In this document: piece by piece, positions 27,083 through 35,138 of the stretch
How the letters are laid out: the number at the start of each line of letters is the position of its first letter
Numbering within the stretch: the stretch's first letter is position 1
DNA from: Opitutaceae bacterium
GTDB lineage: Bacteria > Verrucomicrobiota > Verrucomicrobiia > Opitutales > Opitutaceae
Direction: 5' to 3'
Length of the DNA: 36,943 bases
Assembly (NCBI GenBank): GCA_023269455.1
Contig: JAHFTG010000001.1
Coordinates: 1 to 36,943 of the forward strand
Made by a program: the position numbers and the translations under genes
Notes under the pieces: model-generated
Databases searched by the model: none
The model's input: the letters and a program-made list of their open reading frames with translations, nothing else
What the model was told of the DNA's origin: nothing

Positions 27083-27109
27083 ACTTCGACGCTTTCGCGT
27101 GAAAGTTTA
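27083..27109 (-). promoter_or_regulatory. sigma28-type promoter upstream of cheA
   Basis: Minus strand reads TAAACTTT-N11-GTCGAAGT. Confidence 0.7.
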
Positions 27110-27150
27110 GATATTCTGCTGAGGGCCTCCGGATTCGCGCCGCGCGCCGC

Positions 27151-27177
27151 TCAAGTTTCGCTCACCTGTGCCGTAAG
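27151..27177 (+). promoter_or_regulatory. sigma28-type promoter upstream of cheW
   Basis: TCAAGTTT-N11-GCCGTAAG. Confidence 0.75.
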
Positions 27178-27199
27178 AACCCGTGATCACCCGTTTATT

Positions 27200-27694
27200 A
27201 TGTCCACCCTCCAAGTCGCCCCCGCCTCCGCCCAAGCCGGCAAATACCTGACCGTCGTGCTCGACAACGAAGCCTATGGCATCGCCGTCCTCAAAGTCCG
27301 CGAAATCATTCGCCTTCAAAAAATCACCCCCGTTCCCCAGATGCCCGACTTCGTGAAGGGCGTCATCAACCTGCGCGGTCGCGTCATCCCCGTGATCGAC
27401 CTCCGCCTGAAATTCGGCCTCAAGGCGGAATTCGCCGAGCGCACGTGCATCGTCGTCGTTCAGGTCAAGATATCCGACGAGACCACCGTGCAGATGGGGC
27501 TGATCGTCGATACCGTGGAGGAGGTCGTCACCCTCGCCGCCAACGAAATCGAACCGACCCCCGACTTCGGCACGCGCATCGACACGAGCTACCTTCTCGG
27601 CATGGCCAAGATCAAAGGCGTCGTCAAAACCCTCCTCGACATCGACCGCGTCGTCTCGCCCGACACGGTTCAGGCCATCGTGCAGACTGCCTAA
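27200..27694 (+). CDS. cheW: Chemotaxis coupling protein CheW
   Basis: KYLT...YGIAVLKVREII...ITPVP...GVINLRGRVIPVIDLR...GLIVD. Start moved to ATG 27200. Confidence 0.97.
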   Translation: MSTLQVAPASAQAGKYLTVVLDNEAYGIAVLKVREIIRLQKITPVPQMPDFVKGVINLRGRVIPVIDLRLKFGLKAEFAERTCIVVVQVKISDETTVQMGLIVDTVEEVVTLAANEIEPTPDFGTRIDTSYLLGMAKIKGVVKTLLDIDRVVSPDTVQAIVQTA

Positions 27695-27724
27695 ACACCA
27701 CGGCGTAATCATAACTGCTGCCCC

Positions 27725-29341
27725 ATGAAAAAATGGACCATCGGAAAACGCATCGCCGCCGACTTTGCGGTCATGCTACTCATCACCACGCTCATCGGCG
27801 GTTTCGCCTATTCACGACTGTTTCTCATCCAGAAAAATGCCACCTCGCTGACCACGGACAGCCTGCCCGCCGTCATCATTCTGGGAGATATTAGGGCAAA
27901 GTCATTTGAACGCTATACCCTGATCGAAAAACATATACTGAGCACCGATGATGCCGAAATAGTGGCCACCGAGCAAACACTGCTGGAGACGTCCGCTGAA
28001 ATTTCAAGACGGCTCAAGGACTATGAGCCCACGATTCACACGACTGAAGATCGTGTGCTCTACGAGACGGACCTCGCCACTCGCGAAGTTTACGGAAAAG
28101 GACTGGAGGAGGTTCTCGTCCTCAGTCGTGCCAATAAAAAACAAGAGGCATTCGCCCTTTTGAAATCAACGGTGGATCCCTCCTTCAAAAAATACAACGA
28201 CGCGATCAAAGCCCACGTGGAATGGAACACTCAAAACGGCCTCCATTTCGGAGATCATATCACCAACGACATAGATCACTCGAAAAAATTCATTCTGACA
28301 GGCATTCTGGCTGCCATCTTCGTCGCCAGCGGAATTGGCTTTGTCACCACTCGCACAGTCAATCGCCACCTGCGCACCACCAGCGACGCGCTTGAATCCG
28401 GCGCCGACCAGGTGACCGCCGCCGCCGGCCAGGTCTCCGCCTCCAGCCAGTCCCTCGCCGAAGGCGCCAGCGAACAGGCCGCCAGCCTTGAGGAAACCAG
28501 TGCTTCACTTGAAGAACTCTCCAGCATGACCAAGCGCAACGCCGAGAGCGCCCAGGAAGCCAAGGTCCTCTCCAACCAGACGCGTGCCGCCGCCGAAATC
28601 GGGGCCGTGGACATGGAGGCGATGAAAACCGCCATGGACGACATCAAGTCCTCGTCCAACGACATCGCCAAGATCATCAAGTCCATCGACGAGATCGCCT
28701 TTCAGACCAACATCCTCGCCCTCAACGCCGCGGTCGAGGCCGCCCGCGCCGGCGAAGCCGGCATGGGCTTCGCCGTAGTCGCCGAGGAAGTTCGCAACCT
28801 CGCCCAGCGCTCCGCCCAGTCCGCCAAAGAAACCGCCGCCAAGATCGAGGTGGCCATCAGCAAGAGTGAACATGGCGTGCGCATCTCCTCAAAAGTCGCC
28901 CTGTCACTCGGTGAAATCTTGGAAAAAGCCCGGCAAGTTGACACGCTCGTCGCCGAGATCGCCACCGCCTCCGGCGAACAAAACCAAGGGTTGAGTCAGT
29001 TGAATACCGCCGTCGGCCAGATGGACAAGGTCACTCAGGCCAACGCCAGCAACGCCGAGGAAACCGCCGACGCCGCTAAAGAGCTCAACGCCCAGTCGCA
29101 GGTCATGCGTGAAAACGTCGCCGAACTCACAAAGCTGATCGGCAGCCGTCAATCCGCAGGTGCAACCGTCTCCAAGGCCCCCGCGTCGGTCACGGCGCGG
29201 ACAGACAAGAAAATGCCCGCACCCAAACCGGCGGCGAAAGCGGCCAAGACCTTCGCCCCGTTGAAATCCCACCGCCAGGATTTCCATGCGGTCGAACCCG
29301 GCGTAATCGGTCATGGCGTCGACAGCTTCAGGGACGTTTAA
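27725..29341 (+). CDS. Methyl-accepting chemotaxis protein (four-helix-bundle sensor)
   Basis: [10 protein letters not shown] + TM, 4HB_MCP-like periplasmic domain (SLPAV...), TM2, [43 protein letters not shown], flexible tail. Confidence 0.96.
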   Translation: MKKWTIGKRIAADFAVMLLITTLIGGFAYSRLFLIQKNATSLTTDSLPAVIILGDIRAKSFERYTLIEKHILSTDDAEIVATEQTLLETSAEISRRLKDYEPTIHTTEDRVLYETDLATREVYGKGLEEVLVLSRANKKQEAFALLKSTVDPSFKKYNDAIKAHVEWNTQNGLHFGDHITNDIDHSKKFILTGILAAIFVASGIGFVTTRTVNRHLRTTSDALESGADQVTAAAGQVSASSQSLAEGASEQAASLEETSASLEELSSMTKRNAESAQEAKVLSNQTRAAAEIGAVDMEAMKTAMDDIKSSSNDIAKIIKSIDEIAFQTNILALNAAVEAARAGEAGMGFAVVAEEVRNLAQRSAQSAKETAAKIEVAISKSEHGVRISSKVALSLGEILEKARQVDTLVAEIATASGEQNQGLSQLNTAVGQMDKVTQANASNAEETADAAKELNAQSQVMRENVAELTKLIGSRQSAGATVSKAPASVTARTDKKMPAPKPAAKAAKTFAPLKSHRQDFHAVEPGVIGHGVDSFRDV

Positions 29342-29364
29342 CTCCACTCAAAAAAGAGACGCAT

Positions 29365-29407
29365 AACAACGGCCCGCCTCTTTCAGAAGGCGGGCCGTTG
29401 TTGTTTT
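29365..29407. terminator. Intrinsic terminator after the MCP gene
   Basis: Perfect 15-bp stem AACAACGGCCCGCCT / AGGCGGGCCGTTGTT followed by GTTTT. Confidence 0.88.
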
Positions 29408-29627
29408 AGAGCATTTCAAATAAAGTTATAGCCGCAAAAGTCCCAAGGGAAGATCCTAGCCGACAAGCCTGAAGACATCGGATTTCTTACAAAAAATAAC
29501 GAAGGAAACGAAGTTTCAAACCACCCAAGACCCTCTTTTTCTTCGTCACCTTCGTTTTCTTCCGGAAAATTTTCCGGCGCAATTTCCCTCAAAATAAAAC
29601 CGGCTACAGTTCAATTTGAAATGCTCT
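29408..29627. mobile_element. 220-bp MITE-like element with terminal inverted repeats and nested internal palindromes
   Basis: Ends AGAGCATTTCAAAT ... ATTTGAAATGCTCT (14 bp perfect, extending to 22/27). Inner pair AACGAAGGAAACGAAG / CTTCGTCACCTTCGTT and perfect palindrome CCGGAAAATTTTCCGG. No ORF. Confidence 0.65.
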
Positions 29628-29763
29628 GACACATCTTAAAAAGCCGTGGCCACTTGGCAGCGATATACGCGGAGACATGCCGCTACGGGATGAGGCCTCA
29701 CACAGGATAACCCGTCCTCGCTCCCTCACACCATAAAGGCATCCCTCATCTGGCACCGCGACT

Positions 29764-31710
29764 TCAGGCGCTCTCACAAGCCTCGAATCGCGAGAACGCC
29801 CCGCGCAGGGCGTCCACCGTCAGCGGCTTTGACAGATAATCGTTCATGCCTGCGTCGAGGCATTTCTCCCGGTCTTGCGGCAGCACGCTGGCCGTCAGTG
29901 CGACGATCCACGGCTGGTGGGCCGCATCGAACTCCGTCCGGATGACGCGGGATGCTTCCAATCCGTCCATCTCCGGCATGTGCCAATCCATGAAGACGAT
30001 TTCGTAGTCGCGGTTGCGGAGCGCATCGAGGGCTTCGAGGCCGTTGCGCGCCATGTCGGCGCGCTGGCCCAGCTTGGCCAGCATCGTCACGACGATCTGC
30101 CGATTCAGGCGTTCGTCATCGACGACGAGGATCCGTGCCAGCGCGGAACGCACCACGGCCTTCACCGGCTCCACCGGCGCCGCCGCCGCCGCGGCCTGGC
30201 CGACGATGATCGTAAAGCTGAAGACCGAACCGCACCCCACCGCGCTTTCCACCTGAACCTCGCCATCCATCAACTCCGTCAGCCGCCGGCAGATCGCCAG
30301 GCCCAGCCCCGTGCCGCCAAACCGCCGCTGAGTGGAGGCGTCGAGCTGGCTGAACGGCTTGAACAACAGGTTCTGTTTTTCATGAGGGATGCCGATGCCC
30401 GTGTCCCGCACCGAAAACTGCACCCGCAGTTTTCCTTCCGCGCCGTAAGGCAGGAGTCCCACGCTCACCTCGACCTCGCCGCGCTGGGTAAACTTGATCG
30501 CGTTGCTCACGAAGTTTGAGAGCACCTGGCGGATGCGGCCCGCATCACCGCGCAACAGCTCGGGCATCTCCGGAGCGATCCGCATTTTGAGATGCAGACG
30601 CCGCGCCTGCGCCTTCCCGTAGAAAAGCTGGAGCGTCTCGCGCACACAATGCGCCGGACTGAACGGAAGATTCTCGAGGGTGAGCTGCCCCGACTCGATC
30701 TTGGCGAAATCCAGCACGTCGTTGAGCATCGCCAGCAGGTTGTTGCCCGAGGAGCGGATCGTCTCGATCGAGCTGCGCTGCGCCGAGGTGAGTTCGTCCT
30801 CCAGCAACAGGTCCGCCATGCCCATCACGCCATTGAGCGGCGTGCGGATTTCGTGACTCATCATCGCCAGGAAATTCCCCTTGGCCTCGTTGGCCGCCTC
30901 GGCGCGCAAAGTCATCGCGTTGGCACGGTCTATCGCGTCATGCAGTTTATGATTAGCCGACTCCATCTGGGCCTGGGTGATGCGCAGGCTTTCCTCGATC
31001 CGGCGCTGCTCGCGGATCTCGTTGGCCATCTGCCTCTGCGTTGCCATGAGAATGCTACTGCTTTGCTGCGCCATCGCCTCGAACCGCTCGGCACGGCTGT
31101 TGGCCCTCGCGGTTTTATCGCGCTGATCGTGCCAATGCAGCCGCCAGCGGTTGCGCGCGATCAACTGATGCCTCAGCCGCACACAATACCAAGCCATCAC
31201 CAGCGCCTGCGACAAAACAAGCGCCTCAAAAATAAAAAAACGGCTGTGCCCGGCGACGTCCGACAGCGCGGGCGCCAGCATGAGCACTGCAGCCGACAGC
31301 ACGATCTTCCAGTCGGCATAAATCACCAGCAGCATGATCCCCGTAAAAAAAAATCCCCGCGCATCCCGCAATCCCTCCAGCTGCACGATGTGCAGCCACG
31401 CAAAGCCCGTCACGGCGACGGCGGCGGTCACGCGAGTTATCTTAGCCCCCGGATAAAATCGGGACACCACGCAAAAAACGCCCCAGATCAAAGGCGCCAG
31501 GGTGGCTGCGAGCAACCAGGTGCCTTCAACCGATGCCAGCACCCACGCCAGCACGACATGCAGGGCAAGCGCCCAACGTATACGGCTATCCGCGCGACGC
31601 CGGTAGGGCAAAAGCGGAGCATCCGCAAAGGGCTTCGGGCCTTTGCGGACCCACGGCAGAAGGGCAAATGGGTGCCATCGCTGTAACATGTAAACCCACC
31701 TTATCGACAC
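29764..31710 (-). CDS. Membrane-bound hybrid sensor histidine kinase / response regulator
   Basis: Several N-terminal TM helices, coiled coil, HisKA MSHEIRTPLNG, HATPase NAIKFT / DTGIG / GGTGLGL, REC VFMDWHMPEMDG. Start uncertain (31710 or 31689). Confidence 0.93.
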   Translation of the reverse strand: MSIRWVYMLQRWHPFALLPWVRKGPKPFADAPLLPYRRRADSRIRWALALHVVLAWVLASVEGTWLLAATLAPLIWGVFCVVSRFYPGAKITRVTAAVAVTGFAWLHIVQLEGLRDARGFFFTGIMLLVIYADWKIVLSAAVLMLAPALSDVAGHSRFFIFEALVLSQALVMAWYCVRLRHQLIARNRWRLHWHDQRDKTARANSRAERFEAMAQQSSSILMATQRQMANEIREQRRIEESLRITQAQMESANHKLHDAIDRANAMTLRAEAANEAKGNFLAMMSHEIRTPLNGVMGMADLLLEDELTSAQRSSIETIRSSGNNLLAMLNDVLDFAKIESGQLTLENLPFSPAHCVRETLQLFYGKAQARRLHLKMRIAPEMPELLRGDAGRIRQVLSNFVSNAIKFTQRGEVEVSVGLLPYGAEGKLRVQFSVRDTGIGIPHEKQNLLFKPFSQLDASTQRRFGGTGLGLAICRRLTELMDGEVQVESAVGCGSVFSFTIIVGQAAAAAAPVEPVKAVVRSALARILVVDDERLNRQIVVTMLAKLGQRADMARNGLEALDALRNRDYEIVFMDWHMPEMDGLEASRVIRTEFDAAHQPWIVALTASVLPQDREKCLDAGMNDYLSKPLTVDALRGAFSRFEACESA

Positions 31711-31723
31711 CGGCGGCTGAGAC

Positions 31724-33874
31724 TTAAGGACTGGATATCTCCGAGCGGGTGGCTGCCAGATCGAGTTGTTTTCTCAAGATTTTACCCAGTTCGCTCAGAT
31801 TGCAGGGCTTGGTCACGATCACGAGCTCCGGATCCTTTTCCAGCTCGGCGACCATTTCGTGTGGCACGTGTCCGCTCACGATAATGATACGCGTCGTGGG
31901 CCGCGTGCGTGCGATCAGATTACGCACCTGTAAGCCGCTCACTTCGGGCAAGTTCAAGTCCAGCAAGACGGCGTCAAGCGGCTCCGTCCGGTTGAGCAAA
32001 AACTCCACCGCCTCGGCCCCATTGCCGGCACAGGTCACCTGATAACCCGCCTCGGAAAATGCCGCCTCAAACATGCGGCGCACGCCCGGCTCGTCCTCCA
32101 CTACCAGCAACGTTTCCTTGCCGGGCGGGATCGCCGCCGAGGTGTTGGCGCGCCTCGCCACCGCCAGCGAGGTGGCCTCATCGGCCGCCGGCAATGGCAG
32201 GTAAACCGAGAATGTCGTGCCCATGCCGACCGTGCTTTTCACATCAATCAGGCCGCCATGGCCCGTGATGATCCCGAAGACGACGGCGAGGCCGAGACCG
32301 GTGCCGCTATTCTTTTCCTTGGTCGTGAAAAAGGGCTCAAAAATACGTGCCTGAACCTCGGGCGACATGCCCTGTCCCGTATCCGTCACCTCGAGGCATG
32401 CGTAGCTGGTGCCAGCATCGGCCCCGAGCAACGCGATACTGGCGCCCGGCTGGACCCTCGTGCGGACACGGATTTGACCGCCGTCGGGCATGGCGTCGCG
32501 GGCATTTACGCAGAGATTCATGATCACCTGCTGGATTTTATTATCGTCGCCCGTCACGTGCGGCATGTTGGACTCCAGCTCAAAGACAAAACTGATGAAG
32601 CGCGGGAATGTTTCCATGAACAACCCGCCGAGCTCCTCGATGAGATGGTTTAAATCAAACGGCTTGATCGACTCCTCATGCTTGCGGCTGAACGCCAGGA
32701 TCTGGCGCACCAGACCGGTCGCGCGTTCGGTGGCCGCGTGAATCTCGCCGAAATAGCGGGGCACCACACTGCTTGGGTCGCACTTCATCATCCCCAGTTC
32801 ACAGAAGCCCTTGATGACCGCCAGGAGGTTGTTGAAATCGTGGGAGATGCCGCCGGCCAGCGTGCCCAGGCACTCCATTTTTTGCGCCTGCCTCAGTTGT
32901 TTCTCCAACAGCTTCCGGTCCGTGATATCTTCGCGCAGGCACAGCAAATGAGTGATGACATCGTCATGATCGCGGATGGATGTGACCCGCACTGCCTCCC
33001 ACACCTCGCGGCCCGATTTGGTGCGGGCGCACAACTCCCCGCGCCAGGTGTCGCCTCCGCGCACGGCCTGGAGAAACGCGACGTAGCTTTCCTCGGAAGT
33101 GAAGCCCGCCCGCAACAACTCGATGCGCCCTTCAAAAATCTCTTCCAGCGTGTAGCCGCTCACCTGGGTGTAACGCGGGTTCACATACTCGACGCGCCCG
33201 TCGGGCATCGTGAGCACGACCGAGAGCGGCGACTGCTCGACGATGCTGGCGAGCTTGTGGAAATGCTCCTCGGCGAGTCGCCTCTTCGTCACATCACGGC
33301 CAACCGCGCGCCGTGCATAAACGGCTCCGTTTTCATCGCGCAACACGAGCTCCTCCCAGCTTAGCCAACGCCAGCCCTGGGCCGTCTGCCAGCGATGTTC
33401 GTGGGTGGCGCGATAAGGAGGACGCTCCAGCATCGCGACGGACGCACGCCATCCGTCCACGTCGTCGGGATGCAGCAACGCCACCGGGTCCCAGCCGGCC
33501 CAATTCGCGGCGGCCACGCCAAACTTCCGACCGAAGGCGGAGTTCACCGCCAGCACACGGCCGTCCATCGCACACACGAGGACCAGTTCCACGCTTTCGC
33601 TCCAGGGCGCGACCAGGTGATCGTTCGGCCCGATGGCATCTCCCGGGATTAGCGTTACCAAATGAAGCGTGTCGCGGCGGTTTTTCCCGACGAGCGTCTG
33701 CGTGCGGGTGGAGAAGCTCATCATCTCGGGATATTCAACATCATCCCAAATCCGCCCGATGATATCCTGCACAGAATGCCCAAGCAGCGCCGCCGCCTGC
33801 TCGCTCACGCGACGCACCCGGCGCCGGTCATCAAGCATGACCAGGGCATCCTGACTTTCTGGAACCATGATCAT
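31724..33874 (-). CDS. Cytoplasmic multi-PAS hybrid histidine kinase (CckA-like architecture)
   Basis: PAS/PAC repeats (LLHPDD...WRWLSW...GRDVT; YVNP...EDITDRK), His[35 protein letters not shown]-terminal REC. Confidence 0.93.
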   Translation of the reverse strand: MIMVPESQDALVMLDDRRRVRRVSEQAAALLGHSVQDIIGRIWDDVEYPEMMSFSTRTQTLVGKNRRDTLHLVTLIPGDAIGPNDHLVAPWSESVELVLVCAMDGRVLAVNSAFGRKFGVAAANWAGWDPVALLHPDDVDGWRASVAMLERPPYRATHEHRWQTAQGWRWLSWEELVLRDENGAVYARRAVGRDVTKRRLAEEHFHKLASIVEQSPLSVVLTMPDGRVEYVNPRYTQVSGYTLEEIFEGRIELLRAGFTSEESYVAFLQAVRGGDTWRGELCARTKSGREVWEAVRVTSIRDHDDVITHLLCLREDITDRKLLEKQLRQAQKMECLGTLAGGISHDFNNLLAVIKGFCELGMMKCDPSSVVPRYFGEIHAATERATGLVRQILAFSRKHEESIKPFDLNHLIEELGGLFMETFPRFISFVFELESNMPHVTGDDNKIQQVIMNLCVNARDAMPDGGQIRVRTRVQPGASIALLGADAGTSYACLEVTDTGQGMSPEVQARIFEPFFTTKEKNSGTGLGLAVVFGIITGHGGLIDVKSTVGMGTTFSVYLPLPAADEATSLAVARRANTSAAIPPGKETLLVVEDEPGVRRMFEAAFSEAGYQVTCAGNGAEAVEFLLNRTEPLDAVLLDLNLPEVSGLQVRNLIARTRPTTRIIIVSGHVPHEMVAELEKDPELVIVTKPCNLSELGKILRKQLDLAATRSEISSP

Positions 33875-33903
33875 GGGCTGGTCACATGCAGTTTAGGCTC
33901 CGC

Positions 33904-34833
33904 TCAAATGAGCCCGTTGAGCATGCCGGGCAGACGCTGGAGACTGTTGGCGATGGCCGCGCGGGCGATGCGCGTTTCCTTCTCGCCGTCGCCGTAGAGG
34001 ATTTTCCAGCCCGGCAGCTCTACCCAGGCATCGGCCTTGATGGGGACGATTTTTTCAAAACCGCCCGGGATGCCCGAATAACGCACCAGATGGTCGGCGA
34101 TCTGAACCGCCGCCGCGTAAAACATGTTTTCCGCCGCCTTCTCCGGCGTGTTATGAAACAGCACGGCATCGGTGATTTCGACGGCGAGTTGATGGCGCTT
34201 GAGATAGTAGCCGCCGATCCTCGCGTGGTCCCAGCCGATCAATTCGCGTTCGCGCATGCACACGGCCTCGGTGTTTTCATAGCATTCATCGACGATCAGC
34301 CCGAATTCCTTCGAGAACGCCGAGGCCATGACGACCTTCCCGACATTGCTGAGCAAACCCACGATGTAGTCGGTGTCGTCATCGATGAGCAGCGTGGTAG
34401 TCGCGAGAATCTCCCGCGTCATGATGGCCGATCCGATGGAGTGTTTCCACAAATCGCGCCACGGCAGGCGAAGCGGCGACGAGGTGATTTTCTCCATCTC
34501 TTCGATCACCGGCGTGGCCAGCGACAACTCGCGAATCTGCCGCAACCCCAGATAAAAAACAGCCTCCTCGATGTTGTTCACCTTGGCGGTGAGCCCGAAG
34601 TAAACGCTGTTTACCATGCGCAGAAGGCGCGCCGTCAGCGAAGGATCGCGCCGGATGATCTCGGCGATCTGCGCGTTAACGCTCTGCTCGGAATTCACCA
34701 GACCGGCGAGAGCCCGGTTGATGCTTTGCAGCGAAGCCAGCTTCGGGCACGCGTCGATGCGGCGCATGATATCCGCATCGCTGTAGGGCAAGGGCGACAA
34801 CTGGGATAGGGAAGTGCTTAAGGTCATGACCAT
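33904..34833 (-). CDS. HDOD domain protein
   Basis: IAEIIRRDPSLTARLLRMVNSVYFG, EAVFYLG, LWKHSI, GLLSNVGK, DHARIGG. Start placed at ATG 34833 (alternative 34827). Confidence 0.9.
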   Translation of the reverse strand: MVMTLSTSLSQLSPLPYSDADIMRRIDACPKLASLQSINRALAGLVNSEQSVNAQIAEIIRRDPSLTARLLRMVNSVYFGLTAKVNNIEEAVFYLGLRQIRELSLATPVIEEMEKITSSPLRLPWRDLWKHSIGSAIMTREILATTTLLIDDDTDYIVGLLSNVGKVVMASAFSKEFGLIVDECYENTEAVCMRERELIGWDHARIGGYYLKRHQLAVEITDAVLFHNTPEKAAENMFYAAAVQIADHLVRYSGIPGGFEKIVPIKADAWVELPGWKILYGDGEKETRIARAAIANSLQRLPGMLNGLI

Positions 34834-34891
34834 GAAATAGGCATCCGCTCCGCCCTGATGAACCAACCAGCGGAAACAAAATGGTCTCTCT

Positions 34892-34919
34892 TTAACGGCT
34901 CGCCGCTTCCCGAAGTTTA
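34892..34919 (-). promoter_or_regulatory. sigma28-type promoter upstream of the HDOD-kinase operon
   Basis: Minus strand reads TAAACTTC-N12-GCCGTTAA. Confidence 0.65.
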
Positions 34920-34947
34920 GGCGGATTTCCGCAGTCTTTCCCCATCC

Positions 34948-34962
34948 CGGCAGTTTTTGCCG
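34948..34962. promoter_or_regulatory. Candidate enhancer site for the glycosyltransferase promoter
   Basis: CGGCAGTTTTTGCCG, the exact reverse complement of the flgB site, 105 bp upstream of the -24 element. Confidence 0.72.
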
Positions 34963-35067
34963 TCGTCACCGATCATACAGTCGGCCCGCCTTTTCAGCCA
35001 GGCGATACCCTTAAAATAAAATTTTAAAATATTAATATTTAATAACTTAAAAACCAATAAATCCCCA

Positions 35068-35082
35068 TGGCTCACCTACTGC
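35068..35082 (+). promoter_or_regulatory. sigma54 (-24/-12) promoter upstream of the TPR-GT41 gene
   Basis: TGGCTCACCTACTGC (GG-N10-GC), preceded by a very AT-rich tract (about 35010-35062). Confidence 0.72.
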
Positions 35083-35138
35083 TAAGAAAATGCGTCACCC
35101 CGCCCCCGCCAACATCGCGGCAGTATCATCCCCGTTCC

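Noticed and set aside
26894-27199. N-terminal extension of CheW in the ORF track
   Set aside because: It overlaps cheA on the opposite strand and both sigma28-type promoters. ATG 27200 gives a standard 164-aa CheW.
29321-29341. CheR/CheB-tethering pentapeptide at the MCP C-terminus (SFRDV)
   Set aside because: It follows a flexible linker, but the last residue is Val rather than an aromatic, so the NWETF-type motif cannot be claimed.
29408-29760. CRISPR array or tRNA in the AT-rich intergenic region
   Set aside because: The repeats are inverted and nested, not direct repeats with spacers; no cloverleaf was recognised and no cas genes are present.
29751-29765. TGGCAC that could be a sixth sigma54 promoter
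   Set aside because: Reads TGGCACCGCGACTTC, with TC instead of GC at -12, and points antisense into the kinase gene.
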